A model generated the notes under the pieces. That model was not told the origin of the DNA. It made no database searches and worked only from the letters and a program-made list of their open reading frames with translations. A stretch of DNA of 64,000 bases from Blastocladiella emersonii ATCC 22665 (Eukaryota > Fungi > Blastocladiomycota), in the NCBI GenBank assembly GCA_025594325.1, contig JANHCV010000006.1, forward strand, positions 1,798,001-1,862,000, in the 5' to 3' direction. Both the position numbers and the translations under genes were made by a program. Shown here in pieces: positions 43,770 to 55,435 of this stretch. Each line of letters starts with the position of its first letter. The first letter of the stretch is position 1.

Positions 43770-46700
43770 CTAGACGAGCTTGCACTCCTTGGCGAGCGAG
43801 TAGAAGACCGAGTCGGGCCGCGCGAGGAGCGCCTGCGGCGAGTCGAACTCGATCACCTCGCCGTAGCCGAGTACCAGGACCTTGTCATAATCGACGATCG
43901 TGTTGATGCTATCTCGCGCGTCAGTTTGGGGATCGCGGTCGTGATGAGCCAAGGAAACGTACCGGTGCGCGATCGTGATGATGGTACACCCGACAAACTC
44001 GGTGCGCAGCGTCGCCTGGACCACGGCGTCGCTGGCATGGTCCATGCTGCGGCTGGCCTCGTCGAGAACCTATCCCGAACGCGGGTCGAAGTGATGGTCA
44101 GCACAGCTCGATCGAACAGCGTTGTCAACGGCGAGCGTACCAGAACTCGAGACTTGCGCAGGATCGCGCGCGCGAGACACAGTAGCTGCGCCTCGCCGGC
44201 GGACAACGACGCGGGGCTCAGCACCGCGTCGAGCCCCCCGTCCAACCCGCGGACGAGCTCGTCAAGCTGCGCGGCGCGGAGCGCCGCCCACAGCGTCGCG
44301 TCGTCGTGCGGCGCGCGCGTCATGGCGAGGTTCTCGCGCACCGTCGCCGACAGGACCACGGCCTCCTGCGGGAGCAGTGTCAGGCGCGAGCGCAGGTCGT
44401 CGAGGCCGAGCGTCGCGATGTCGAGCCCGTCGACGTGGATCGAGCCGGACGTCGGCTCGATGCCGCGGAACAGGGCGAGGGCCATGGATGACTTGCCTGC
44501 ACCGGTGCTACGCGCGTCGCGAGCGTCAGTGCGAGTCGTAAGAAGGAGGGGCAGAAGCGCAACGTACCGTCCGACGATCCCAATCTTCTTACCCGCCTCG
44601 AACGTGAGGTTGATCCCCTTGAGCACCATGGGCTTGTCGTCGGCGTACCGGACCGAGAGCCCGCGGATCCGCACCTCGCCGCGCGCGGGCCACACGGGAT
44701 CGAGCGGGAACGCCGTGGTCTCGGCAGCGGCCTCGGTCGGGAGCGCCGAGTACTCGCGGATCCGCTCGAGCGAGACCATCGCGGCAGCGAGGCGCGAGTA
44801 GATGCGGATGAGGTGGCACAGGTTGTCGACGGCGACAAACGCGTTGGACAGGGCCACCCCCAAAATGGGCGACCGCGACGCGGGCGTGGTGACGACGAGG
44901 AACATCAGGACCGAGATGAGCACGGCGCCGAGCAGCTGCACGTAGAAGAGCAGCCACGCGTTACCGTGGAAATTCTCGTACATTCCCGCCGCCGCGAGAT
45001 TAATAGCGGTTTCCGCGCGGCGCGTGAACCGGGCGACCTGCACCGGCCCGCCGCCGCGCACCGTCGCGATCCCGTCGAGCGTCTCGGTAAAGTGGCGGAC
45101 GACAGGCGAGTTAAGCGCCTGCGTGATGCGCTGCAGGTCGAGCGACGGCGCGAGGAAGACGGACTGGATGCCCGCGAACGCGAGGACGATGGGGACGATG
45201 AGGACCGCGAACCACGGCGCGGCCGCCGTCATGGCGAGCAGCGTCAGGACGCCCGCGACGAGCAGGTACATGAGCCCGTTGATATGCTCGGGGATCTCGG
45301 CGTCGACGGCCTTCTGGTCGGCCGTGAGCCGCGACGTGACCTGGCCCGCGGGTGTGGCGTCGAAGAAGGCGAGCGGGAGCCGGAGCACGTTGCGCACCGC
45401 GTCGTCCATGGTCTTCCGCGACGCGGCGAGGGAGACGATCCCGCGCCAGTAGAAGGTGGCGCCCGCGCCGACCAGCGAGATCCCGAGCGTGATGCCCGCG
45501 TACACGGCGAGGTAGTACCCGTCGCGGGCGGTGCCCGCGCTCGACGCCGCGCCCCACAGACCGAGCCAGTACTCGGTCGTGAACTTGAGCAGCTCCTCGC
45601 CGACCTTGAGGGCCAGGACCAGCGCGACGGCTGCAACGCCGCAGTGCCTGGCGTAGGTGATGTGCGTCCGCCAATGTACAAACCCAACGGCCGTGGCCAC
45701 CTCGATCCCGGCCGTCGCCGCGAGCGGGCCGTCGACGGCGGGGTTCCACTGCGCCGACGCGGCGAGGTCGACCTGGGCGAGCGCGGTATGGGCTTTGCCC
45801 GAGGCGGAACTGGTCTCGCCGGCCGAGGGTGCGAGCGTCGTCTCGCTCTTGCCGTCATCCACCTCGTCCCCCGCCTGCGCAGCCGACGTGATAATAGCGA
45901 GCACCTCCTCGTCGCCCGCCTTCACGAGGTCGGCGTACGTGCCGCGCGCCTTGACGCGGCCGGCGTCGAGGACGAGGACGTCGTCGACGGCCGGGAGGTA
46001 GTGGAGGCCGTGCGTGACGAGGACCGTGGTGACGCCGGGCGCGCGGAGGATGCCCGCTGCGGGGTCGAAGAGCGCGTGGAAGACGTGTCGTGCGACGTGG
46101 TTGTCGAGATTTCCGAGCGGGTCATCGAGCAGGACGAGCGAGGTGCTGCCGACAAGGACCGAGTACACGATGCGCGCGAGTGCGAGGCGCGAGTTCTGCC
46201 CGCCCGAGAGCTACATTGATGATACCGCGTCAGTTTCTGGGCGCCGCATCACGAGAAATCGAGTAAACGTACGTTGATCCCGCGAGCGCCAATCACCGTG
46301 CGATCGCCAGCCTCGAGCGTCGCGAGATCCGGGCCGAGTGCACACGCGTCGAGGGTACGCAGGTAGGCTTCGCGTTTGAACTGGAGCCCAAAGAGAACGT
46401 TCTCTGCGATGGATGCGTTGGTGATGAAGGGCGCCTGCGCCATGTACACGGCGGAGCCGCGCACGCGGACGGTGCCGGTGCCGCTGCCGCTGGCTGGGTC
46501 CTCCTCCATCTTGTGCATCTCGCCGAGGAGCGCGAGGAGCAGGGCCGACTTGCCCGCACCGACCGGACCGACGACGGCGGTCACGGACCCGTGGTTGATC
46601 TCCAGGTCCTCGACGGTGAGGACGGGCGCCGTGGCGGCGGCATCGAACGCGAACGTGGACCGGCCCTCGAACGCGACCGCGGGCGCCATGTCGGTGGTCA

Positions 46701-48618
46701 CATTGACGTCGCGCTGCGCGTGCACGTACGGGACGACCTCGTCGCGGGAGAGGAACTCGGCGACACATTTCGTTGCAGTGTTGAACCCAACAAAGTAGCT
46801 CATGCCGTACGCGAACGTGGCGAGGGGCTGCGCGAGGAGCGCGAGGACCGAGAGCACGATGAAGATCTTGGCCATGGACAGCGACCCGGGCCCGGCGGTG
46901 AGCGCGTAGAGGCCGAACACGGCGAACGCGGACACGCTGTTGAGCAGCACCACGAAGCTGCCCTGCAGGGCGAGGGCGCCGTACAGGCGGCGCATGGCGG
47001 CGAGCTCGCGGTCGCGGAACGCCATGATGCGCGCGTGGATCGCGGCGGTCCACCCGCTCAGCTTGAGCAGCTTGATGCCGGCGAGCGCCTCGGTGATGGC
47101 CTTGGTGCGGCCGTCGGTCTGCACGAGCGAGTCCTCCTGGAACTTGCCGAGAAAGTCGCCGATGCGCGAGATGACGGGCGCGGTCGCGGCCATGATGGCG
47201 GGCGCGACGAGGGCGACCCACCCGACCTGCGCGACGAGCATCGCGCCACCCACGAAAAAGTAGAACGGCGCGATGAAGATCTCGATGGCCATCTGGCAGG
47301 TGATCGCGATCGTCATGGCGTCCGACTGCGCGTGCGTGATGACCTTGCCCTTGAGCTCGCCGGCGTCGGCGAGGTTGAGCCGGATCGCCTTGCGGTACAC
47401 GAGCGTCTGGATCCCGTACCGCGCGCGGTTCTGCATCGACAGGAGCTTGCGCAGGACCGTGCCCTCGACGACGGTACCCATGACCTTGATCGCCGTGAAC
47501 AGGGCCGCCACGGCGACGCCCTCGGACACGGGCCGGCCCTGCGGCGTGTCGCGGTTCTGCACGAAGCTCACAAAGTACCCGACGAACAGCGGGCTGGACA
47601 GCGTGACGGCGACGCTGAGGAACTTGATCCCGAGGATAAACGCAAACTCGAGCCCGTACGTGGCAAAGATGGCCGCGCGCAGGTTCCCGGCGTGGCGGCG
47701 GACCGCGGCCTCGAGCTCGTCGCACGACGCGCGCACGTCAAAGTACGCGGGCAGGTCCCACAGGTCGGCGAGCGCGAGCGCGGCGCCCTTGCGCTTGCGG
47801 CCGAGGAGCAGGTCCCAGTACCAGACGAGCAGGACGGCGCCGAGGAACGACGACTGCGACTCGGGCGACGCGCCGGCGGATTTTACGCGGCCGTCGTCGG
47901 GCTTGGCGGGCGGCGTCGGGTCGATCTTGGTCGACGCGTTTTCGAGGAGGAACAGGAGCGCGGATACGGCGATCTGCGCGACGAGCAGCGCGGCGTCGTC
48001 GGCGGGCCGCGCGGCTGACTCGAGCCAGGTCGAGCGCAGGCGGACGACGAGGACGAGGATCAGGGCGAGGTAAAAGGAGCACAGGAACGACGAGGCGCGG
48101 CGCGCGTGCGACTGCTCGACGATGTGCAGCACAAAGGCGAGGACGAGCGGGACGGCGAGCGCGGCGTAGCCGACGACCGGCGCGAACCCGGCCGTGTCGG
48201 CGGCGGCCGCGGTGCGGACGACCTGCAGGAGGGCGAGGACCAGGCTCGAAAGGCCGAGAGGCTACGCGATGGGACGAGTTAGCGAACTCACAAGAGTCGC
48301 GTGGGATTCGAGGGTAGTACCAGCTTGGCGAAGAGAAGCCCGCGCTTCAAACTCGCCACGGCGGGCGGGAGCGGGTCCGCAGCATTGAGCGAGCGGATGC
48401 GGAGGGCAAACACGAGCGAGGCGACGGCGGCGAATGCCGGGAAGACGATCCCGGCCTCGAAGCACGGGTCGAGGTCGAGCTCGGCCGAGTCGCGGACGAT
48501 GGCCTAGTGGAGCGGAGCGGGTTTCCGGTCAGCGATCTGGCCGACGAGCGGGGCGACGGTGCATGTATGCGCGCACCAGCGAGCGGCCCAGGCCGCAGAA
48601 TCCGGCATTGGCGGACAT
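43770..48618 (-). CDS. Second ABCC/MRP-type ABC transporter
   Basis: Walker A GPVGAGKS and GRTGAGKS, LSGGQ, LLDDPL, LPQEA and [13 protein letters not shown]. Introns 48504..48576, 48262..48320, 46211..46272, 44508..44567, 44070..44140 and 43909..43962. Confidence 0.95.
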
Positions 48619-49287
48619 GGCGATGCGGGGAGTAGGTTCAGTCGCGGAAGCGCGCGGGACACGGGGGAGAACGCGGGTCCGCGCTACTTTATACCCCGCG
48701 GGCGCGGTCGCGACCGCGGCGCGCCCTCATGACGCAGGCGTCCCGGGCAAGCGGCTCCCACGGCCGCCGATGAGGTGCATCGGGCCGGCGCCGGGCAGAG
48801 CACAAGCGGTCGGTGGCGTTCAACCGGCGCCGGGGCGACGGACCGCGGATGCGCCCAGGCAGTGCGACCTCCGTCTCGCCATGTTCATTTCCACGGTCGG
48901 CAGCGATCCGCGGCGTTCGACGCGGGCCACGCACTCGGCCCGGCGTGTGTCAAGTTGCATGGAGTCGGGCGCGGCGGGGACGAGTGCCTGCCTCTGCCGG
49001 CGGGAGCAGGGATGGCGATGATGGGAGGGGGAGTGCGGCGGCATCACGCGTCGCGCGGCGCGAGACGCGTTTGTCTCACAGCGGCCGGCTGCCTGCCTGC
49101 GCTGCTCCTGCCCTCGCGCAGCGCCGCCGTGGTCACGTAATAAAATATGTGTATGATGTAGCTGGGAGAGAGGACAAGTGAATGATGAATGCGGGGAGAA
49201 AACGAACAACCGTGTGGTGGGGGTGATCATCGGCATCTAGCGTGTGTGGTATGCGAGTAAGGGAGAAGAAGTAGGGGAGACGGACGC

Positions 49288-51093
49288 TCACCGCTCGGCT
49301 TCGGCCGCTGCAGCAACCGGCGCAGCCTCGTCGGATGCGGGCGGGAGGACCAGTGTCTCCATCATGGCGGCGCCGGCGTCGGCGTCTGCCGTGGACGCGG
49401 CCTTGAGCGTGTCGGCGAGGATCTGCGACAGGGGCGAGACGGGGACGGGCGACACAGACACGGGGAGCAGCGGGCTCGGGATCTCGACGTCCTCGTCGTC
49501 CTCGTCGGCGGCGTGATCACCGTGCCCGTTCGGCTGGTACGCGTCGTGGTCGTGCGCGATATGCATCTGGTGGTGGTGCGACGCCGCGTCCTGGTCCCCC
49601 GCGCCGCTGGACGGCAGCACGTTGAGGAGCCCCGCGAGCTCGACGCGGATGAGAAACTCCTGGAACTCGCGCGCGTACGTGTAGTCGTAGCACAGCCAGA
49701 CGAGCGGCATGGTCGACTGCTCGAGCCCGAACAGCGCGCACTCGTACGCCTGCAGCTTGCGCCCGAACCCCTCGTTGGGCCGGATGATGGGCCGCGCGCG
49801 GAACGCGAGGTCAAACGCTTCGGCGAGACGCATTCCGAGACTGCGCATCATGTACACGAGCACGATGGTCGCCGACCGCGACACGCCGGCGTGGCAGTGC
49901 ACGAGGACACGCCCCGTGCCAACCGCGGTGGACCCGTCGTCGCGGGTGCGCGTGACGGCTGTGGCGCGCGCGCGGTCGATGAGGGCGCAGCACTGGTCGA
50001 AGAGCACCTCGATGGGCTCGCCCTCGGCGTCGTCCATCTGGTGCGACATGTACTCGACGCCGGGCGCGAGCGACGCCGGGCTGTTGTCAAAGTACCCGAT
50101 GCGGATGACGTGCGTGATGCCGAACGCCTGCAGGTTGAGCGGGTGCGCCGCGTCCTGGCCGCCGAGGTACAGGTAGTCGGGGAGGATCAGGTGCGGCACG
50201 TCGTAGGTCGCCGACCGGTGCGAGTACCACACGGCCTGGATGAGCGCCGCCTGGCGCTCGCGCAGGTCGTGGATGCGCACGGGCAGGGGCGTGTCGTGCT
50301 GCTCGACGAGGCACGGGTTGGCGCGCGCAAACGCCGTGATGCCGCCGTCGCCGAGGTACTTGGCCGCGAACATGCCGTCGCTCGACAGGATGGCGGCGAG
50401 CTGCGCCGCGGGACCCTCGGGGTGGCCGTCCTCGTCGTAGAAGATGACGAGGTCCGCGTTCATGACGCGCTCGTCGGCCTGGATGCGCAGGCACAGCTCG
50501 ACGCGCGACGGCGGGCCGTACAGGCGATGGACCGGGTTCGCGGCCACGAGGCCGCGCAGGGACCGGCGGCGGAGCGCGCCGACGAGGATGGGCCCGTTGA
50601 GGGCCTCCTGCACGTCGATGACGAGGATGTTGAGGAACGACTCGAGGACCAGGCCGTACAGCTCGGTGCACGAGATGGCGAGCGGCGCGTACGGGTGCGC
50701 GGGCTCGATGGCGGCAGCGGTCGGGGTCTCGTCATACCGCTGCTCGTCGACGGTAGCGGCGCCGTCGGCCGCGGCGGGGACGTGGTCGACGGACGGCGAC
50801 ACAGGTGCGGCGAGCTCCACTTCGGGCGCCTTTTCCGCGTCGGCGGGCGGCGACACGGCCTCGAGTGTCGGCTCGCTCGCGGCGTCGACTGCGGGATCAG
50901 CAGCTTCGTCGGCAGTGGCCGCGGCGGGGACGGGCGACGGCGACGGAGAGGCCATGGCGGCCACCGCTGCGTCCTGCGGTGTTGGCGCGATCGCGGCCTC
51001 CTCGGCAGCAGCCGCGGGTTTGTGCACGGACACGGCCTCGTCGCTCGGGGGCGGCGAGGGCGGGAGGGCGATCGGGGCCGACGCGGAGACCAT
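49288..51093 (-). CDS. Dual-specificity MAP kinase phosphatase (rhodanese-like domain plus DSPc)
   Basis: Active site VHCHAGVSRSAT, general-acid loop MDDAEGEPI, IIRPNEGF, and upstream LVIDV...LRRRSL...VIFYD (KIM/CH2-like). A possible extra terminal intron at 49237..49291 is unresolved. Confidence 0.85.
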   Translation of the reverse strand: MVSASAPIALPPSPPPSDEAVSVHKPAAAAEEAAIAPTPQDAAVAAMASPSPSPVPAAATADEAADPAVDAASEPTLEAVSPPADAEKAPEVELAAPVSPSVDHVPAAADGAATVDEQRYDETPTAAAIEPAHPYAPLAISCTELYGLVLESFLNILVIDVQEALNGPILVGALRRRSLRGLVAANPVHRLYGPPSRVELCLRIQADERVMNADLVIFYDEDGHPEGPAAQLAAILSSDGMFAAKYLGDGGITAFARANPCLVEQHDTPLPVRIHDLRERQAALIQAVWYSHRSATYDVPHLILPDYLYLGGQDAAHPLNLQAFGITHVIRIGYFDNSPASLAPGVEYMSHQMDDAEGEPIEVLFDQCCALIDRARATAVTRTRDDGSTAVGTGRVLVHCHAGVSRSATIVLVYMMRSLGMRLAEAFDLAFRARPIIRPNEGFGRKLQAYECALFGLEQSTMPLVWLCYDYTYAREFQEFLIRVELAGLLNVLPSSGAGDQDAASHHHQMHIAHDHDAYQPNGHGDHAADEDDEDVEIPSPLLPVSVSPVPVSPLSQILADTLKAASTADADAGAAMMETLVLPPASDEAAPVAAAAEAER

Positions 51094-51830
51094 GGTTGCG
51101 GGTGTGCGGGGAGGACGGACGGGTGGCTGGCGGGGCGCAGATGTACAGAGGGCGGGCGAGGTCGCGTTGTGGCTTGGAGAGCGGCGACGCGAGGGACAGG
51201 CTGGCGCGGGTGCGAGCACCAGACGGTTTTCGGGGAGAGGAACGGGTTGCGGTGTGGGGGCCGAGTGCCGAGAGGGGCGACTCGACAGGTATCAGGGGCG
51301 TCTAGTGGGGCCGGCGGCGGCGGATCGGCGTCGCTGCTGTTGTCTAGCGTTACGTGGCGCGGAGAGATTGATCAGCGCGCGGGTCGGGTCGCATCAGCGG
51401 GTGCCGGTACTCACACAGGGGGCGGCGGCGGCGGTGGCAGCGGCGATCCGGGTCGGGTCGGGTCGGTGGTCGGCGGGCGGGCAGTCGTCGCGGGTGCAAG
51501 GGCAGTCGGCGGGGGCGGGGGCGGTCGCGCGCGCTCACACGCGGGTCGGGAGGGAGTGCGTGCAGTGCGTCGCGAGGAGCGGGGAGCGAGGGCCGCCGTA
51601 ACGTTGTTGGCGGGGGGCCGAGAGCGGGCGGCGGCCGACCGGGTCGCTTCTGTGGCGCCCGCAGAGCACGCGCCGGAAAAAGCAAGCGCTGATCGCATCA
51701 CGTGCGACGCACCGCTGTCGCCGACTTCGCGTTCGGGCAGCCGAGCTCCTCTCTCCGCTCCCCTCCATCCGCGAGGCCCTGTACAGCCCGCACACTCGAT
51801 GCAACGCACTCGCATGAACCACACGTCACC

Positions 51831-52768
51831 ATGAAGCGCGCCGTGAACCCCGTCAACGCCTACAGTCCGTGCCCGCCCGCCCCATCGCGCCCATCCCGCG
51901 CACTCACCGGGCCCTCTTGCGACACGTAGACCGCGAGCAGCGGAAAAAGGAGCTGCTCAAGAACAAGCAGCAGCGCGACGACAAGAAGCGCGCCGCCGAG
52001 GACGCGGCCAGGAAGCTGCAGGTCGACCAGGCCGAGCTCGCGCGCCTGACCGAGATCGAGGCCCAGCGCCAGCTGACCCCCGCCGAGCGCGCACGCAAGC
52101 GCGAGCTGCGCGCCACCACTGGGGCCTCCTCGTCCTCATCCTCTTCGTCGCGCACCCCCGCATCCATCCCGTCCGCCATGTTCGACCCGCTCGCCGAGTC
52201 GCACGCCTCGCACTCGGCCGTCAACCGCCGCAACGCGCCCATCGCGGGGCTCGCCAGCTACCAGTCCGACAGCGACTTGGACGAGCTGCTCGCCTCGGAC
52301 CTCGACGACGATTTCATGCCGCCGCTCCCGCCGCTCGACGACCCGCGCCCGCCCTCGTACCGCCCACCGCCCGGCACCCCCGCCATCGCCACCATGGGCG
52401 GGTACCCGCCGCCGCCGCCGGGGCCCGTCCCACGCCACCCGCCGCAAATGGACCCGCCCGCGATCGCGCCGCCGGGGACCGTCCCGCCACCGCCGCGCGC
52501 GGGCGCTGCGAGTCTCCCCGTGCGGCCCGGCGGGCCCGTGAAACCGGCTCCGGTACCAGTGGCCGCGCCCGTGCTCGCCGTATCCGCCGCGCCGCAGCTG
52601 CGCGACTTGCAAAAGGAAATGTCGGCCCTCGCCCCCTCGCCCATTGCCGCGGGCACCGCGCCCAAGCAGCGCAAGGTCATCAAGTCGACTGCGGACCCGA
52701 AGCAGGCGCCCAAGGAGACGGACGCCGCGTACCAGGACTTTCTCAAGGAAATGGAGGGTCTGCTTTGA
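51831..52768 (+). CDS. WBP11: WBP11/Saf1-like splicing factor
   Basis: After intron 51865..51929 the protein reads MKRAVNPVNAYNREQRKKELLKNKQQR (Wbp11 domain). It has a proline-rich middle and a C-terminal DAAYQDFLKEMEGLL. Confidence 0.75.
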
Positions 52769-52797
52769 CCGGCCACAAAAATATATCACCAAAACTG

Positions 52798-54618
52798 TCA
52801 CTGCTGCGCCCACTGCACCAGCGCCAGCACGCCCAGGACCACCAGGACCAGCCACGCCACGGGCACCGCGACCAGCACCACCACGGCCACCGCCGCCCGC
52901 GCGCGGTGCTGCAGCACCCACACCATGGCCGCCGTCACCCGCGCCTTGGCCGCCCACCACGCGTCGACGTCGCCGTTGAGCGCCGACCCGAGCCCGCGCG
53001 CCCGCTGCCCCCCGCGATCCGTCGCGGCACCGAGCACCACCACCGCAGCAACCGGCACATGGTCCGACTGCGTCAGGTGCGGGAACGACGCGTACATGGC
53101 GCACGCCCACCCACCCGGGGAAGCGCGAACGAGCACGCGGTCCGTGTACCCCGGGATCCGCCGCGGGTCGAAGATGGGCGCGACCGCGGGATCGTGGGCG
53201 CCGTCGGGCGTGCTGGGCGGCGCGACCAGCGGCGTCCCGACGGGGTGCACGCCGGAGCACGCGTCGGCCGGCTGCGTCGCAAAGTACCCGGTGCCCAGTT
53301 TCGCGCCCTCGGGGTTTAGGGACGTGTAGCTCGTCACGCGCCCGTGCTCGGTGAGATCGCCATCGGCTGTGGTCAGGGAGTGCGCCGAGTACCGCACCGC
53401 CGCGGGGATTTCGGCCGCGGGACTCCCGCGGTTCTGCACCGCGGTGCGGTACGTCGGCGGGAACCCGATCGCGCCCTCGGTCCACCCGACACCCAACACG
53501 CCGCGCGCGAACGCGGTCGCGAGCTGGTCGCGCGCCACGAGTGCGGGCCACCGGCGCGCCGCGAGATCGCTCGCCACGGCCGCAAACGAGGGCGCCGTGA
53601 GCCGGAAGTTGAGGTCGCCCATGAGGATCACGGCGTCGTGGTCGTGCTCGCTGAGCGAGAGGGTAGCCGACCCGCGGTGTCGCGAGCGCGAGCGGGAGCG
53701 CGGGGTCGGCGAGGCGACGCGGACGCCGAGGAGCGGGGCTTGGTCGTCCTCGTCCGAGTCGGAGCCGGAGGTGATCGCGTGCGATACGCCGTTGGCCACG
53801 CGGGTGCCCTCGCGCGACCGGTGCCGCGCGGGCTGCTGGCGGGCGGGCGACGAGGTCGCCGTCGAGTTACCCTCGTTCGCGCGCTCGGCGGACGCGGGTC
53901 GAACGCGGTTAGTGCGCGCACCCACGCCCGCGCTGCTGCTCGGGGTGAACACGAGCCGGCGCTGCACATCGTGCCACGCGTCGATCCGCACGCCGGGCTT
54001 CTGGCCGTGCGGGAGGTGCGCGTTGACGAGCGCAACGCGCATCCAGGCCCCCTCGCCGGTACCCGACACGTCCCAGTCGAACGACACGCCGACCGCGCCC
54101 TTGTTCGGGAACAGCAGCGGGCCGACCGCGCACGTCGCGGTACGGACATCCGCAACGCGGTTGCACGCATCCGCCGCGACGAGGACCAGGAGCAGCGCGC
54201 CCCCGAGATCCGCAGTCGCGAGCGGGCGGTACGCGCGGCGCACGAACGAGCACCCGAGATCGCGCAGCACTTTCGCCTGCCACTGCGCGACGTGCACCGG
54301 GTCGAGCACCAGACCCGCAACCGCGGGCGACGCGTGCACGAGCGCCGGCGCGTGTGTCCCCGCGGGCCACGTCGCGGGCGCGGCTTCCTGCAGGCCCACG
54401 GCGATCAGGTCGGGCGTCCCGTCGCGCTCGCTGGAGGTAGTGGCGGCGGTGGGGGAGGGAGGGCGGCTCGAATTCGCGGTCGCGGCGCCCGCGGCCACCG
54501 CGATGCTCGACAGGTCGTCCGACACGGCGAACCGGTTCACGTTGTACGTCACGGCGAGCACGGTCGGGCCCGACGGCGGCGCTGGTTGCGGCGGGTTAGG
54601 TTGCATGGTGGGTTCCAT
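52798..54618 (-). CDS. Inositol polyphosphate 5-phosphatase with C-terminal membrane anchor (INP54-like architecture)
   Basis: Motifs VTYNV, IAVGLQE, NKGAV, VNAHL, MGDLNFRL, FPPTY, PGYTDRVL and SDHVPV, plus a hydrophobic C-terminal helix. Confidence 0.9.
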   Translation of the reverse strand: MEPTMQPNPPQPAPPSGPTVLAVTYNVNRFAVSDDLSSIAVAAGAATANSSRPPSPTAATTSSERDGTPDLIAVGLQEAAPATWPAGTHAPALVHASPAVAGLVLDPVHVAQWQAKVLRDLGCSFVRRAYRPLATADLGGALLLVLVAADACNRVADVRTATCAVGPLLFPNKGAVGVSFDWDVSGTGEGAWMRVALVNAHLPHGQKPGVRIDAWHDVQRRLVFTPSSSAGVGARTNRVRPASAERANEGNSTATSSPARQQPARHRSREGTRVANGVSHAITSGSDSDEDDQAPLLGVRVASPTPRSRSRSRHRGSATLSLSEHDHDAVILMGDLNFRLTAPSFAAVASDLAARRWPALVARDQLATAFARGVLGVGWTEGAIGFPPTYRTAVQNRGSPAAEIPAAVRYSAHSLTTADGDLTEHGRVTSYTSLNPEGAKLGTGYFATQPADACSGVHPVGTPLVAPPSTPDGAHDPAVAPIFDPRRIPGYTDRVLVRASPGGWACAMYASFPHLTQSDHVPVAAVVVLGAATDRGGQRARGLGSALNGDVDAWWAAKARVTAAMVWVLQHRARAAVAVVVLVAVPVAWLVLVVLGVLALVQWAQQ

Positions 54619-54774
54619 CGTTGTGAGGTCGGATTCGTGGGAGGAGAGAGGGGGAACTCTACGCCGCGCCGCGAAGGCCAACTCGAGAACCGCACCCCGT
54701 TGCTGCCGAGGCCTCACACCCCCAAGACAAGGCTCTTGACCGAACCGAATGTATTCATAGGATGATGAAGTCAC

Positions 54775-55218
54775 CTAGATCCCGCCCTCGACAACCGTGT
54801 GGCCCTCGCCGCGGAGCGCCGCGACCGCGTCGCCGACACGCGCGTCCTTGACGAGCACGTAGTCCGTGTCGAAGGTGGAGACCACAAAGACGGGGATCCC
54901 GTGCGCCGCGAGCGTGCCGGCGACGCGCGCGAGGATCCCGACCAGCGAAAAGTCGAGCACGCCGTCGATCTTGAACGCGCCGTAGCTCGCCTCGGTCTTG
55001 GCCTCGCCCGCGTGCGTCGCGTCGTGCAGCAGGTCGCCCACCGTCACCGTGTCGGGCACGAGCACCGACAGCTCGTCGCGCGTCCGCGAAACCGTCGCGA
55101 AAGGGTGACGCGCGAGCAGGTCCGCGCGAAGGTGCGCCGCGGCCGAAGGCGGAAGACGGTGGATCGCGAAGCGAAGCGGCGACTGGATGAAGGTGAAGGT
55201 GGTTGCGGCAGTCGACAT
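54775..55218 (-). CDS. Stand-alone ACT-domain protein (ACT_7 / COG3603-like, 147 aa)
   Basis: VSRTRDELSVLVP and FKIDGVLDFSLVGILARVAGTLAAHGIPVFVVSTFDTDYVLVK. Intronless. Confidence 0.85.
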   Translation of the reverse strand: MSTAATTFTFIQSPLRFAIHRLPPSAAAHLRADLLARHPFATVSRTRDELSVLVPDTVTVGDLLHDATHAGEAKTEASYGAFKIDGVLDFSLVGILARVAGTLAAHGIPVFVVSTFDTDYVLVKDARVGDAVAALRGEGHTVVEGGI

Positions 55219-55435
55219 CCTGAACTCGTTCCGTCGGTGGGGGTGTCGAGCGTGAGAGGGTTCGCGGACAGCGAGTCCGTTTTGTACGCGAGGAAGCGCG
55301 CGCTCAGCCACCATGGCGCCGCGACCGACGGCTCGGCTGACGGCTGACGGACCGACCGCTCTGAACGCCCTCGAAGGCCACAGAACGTCAAGACGCAGGC
55401 GGCAGTGACACGAATGCACGGGACAGTGACTATAT

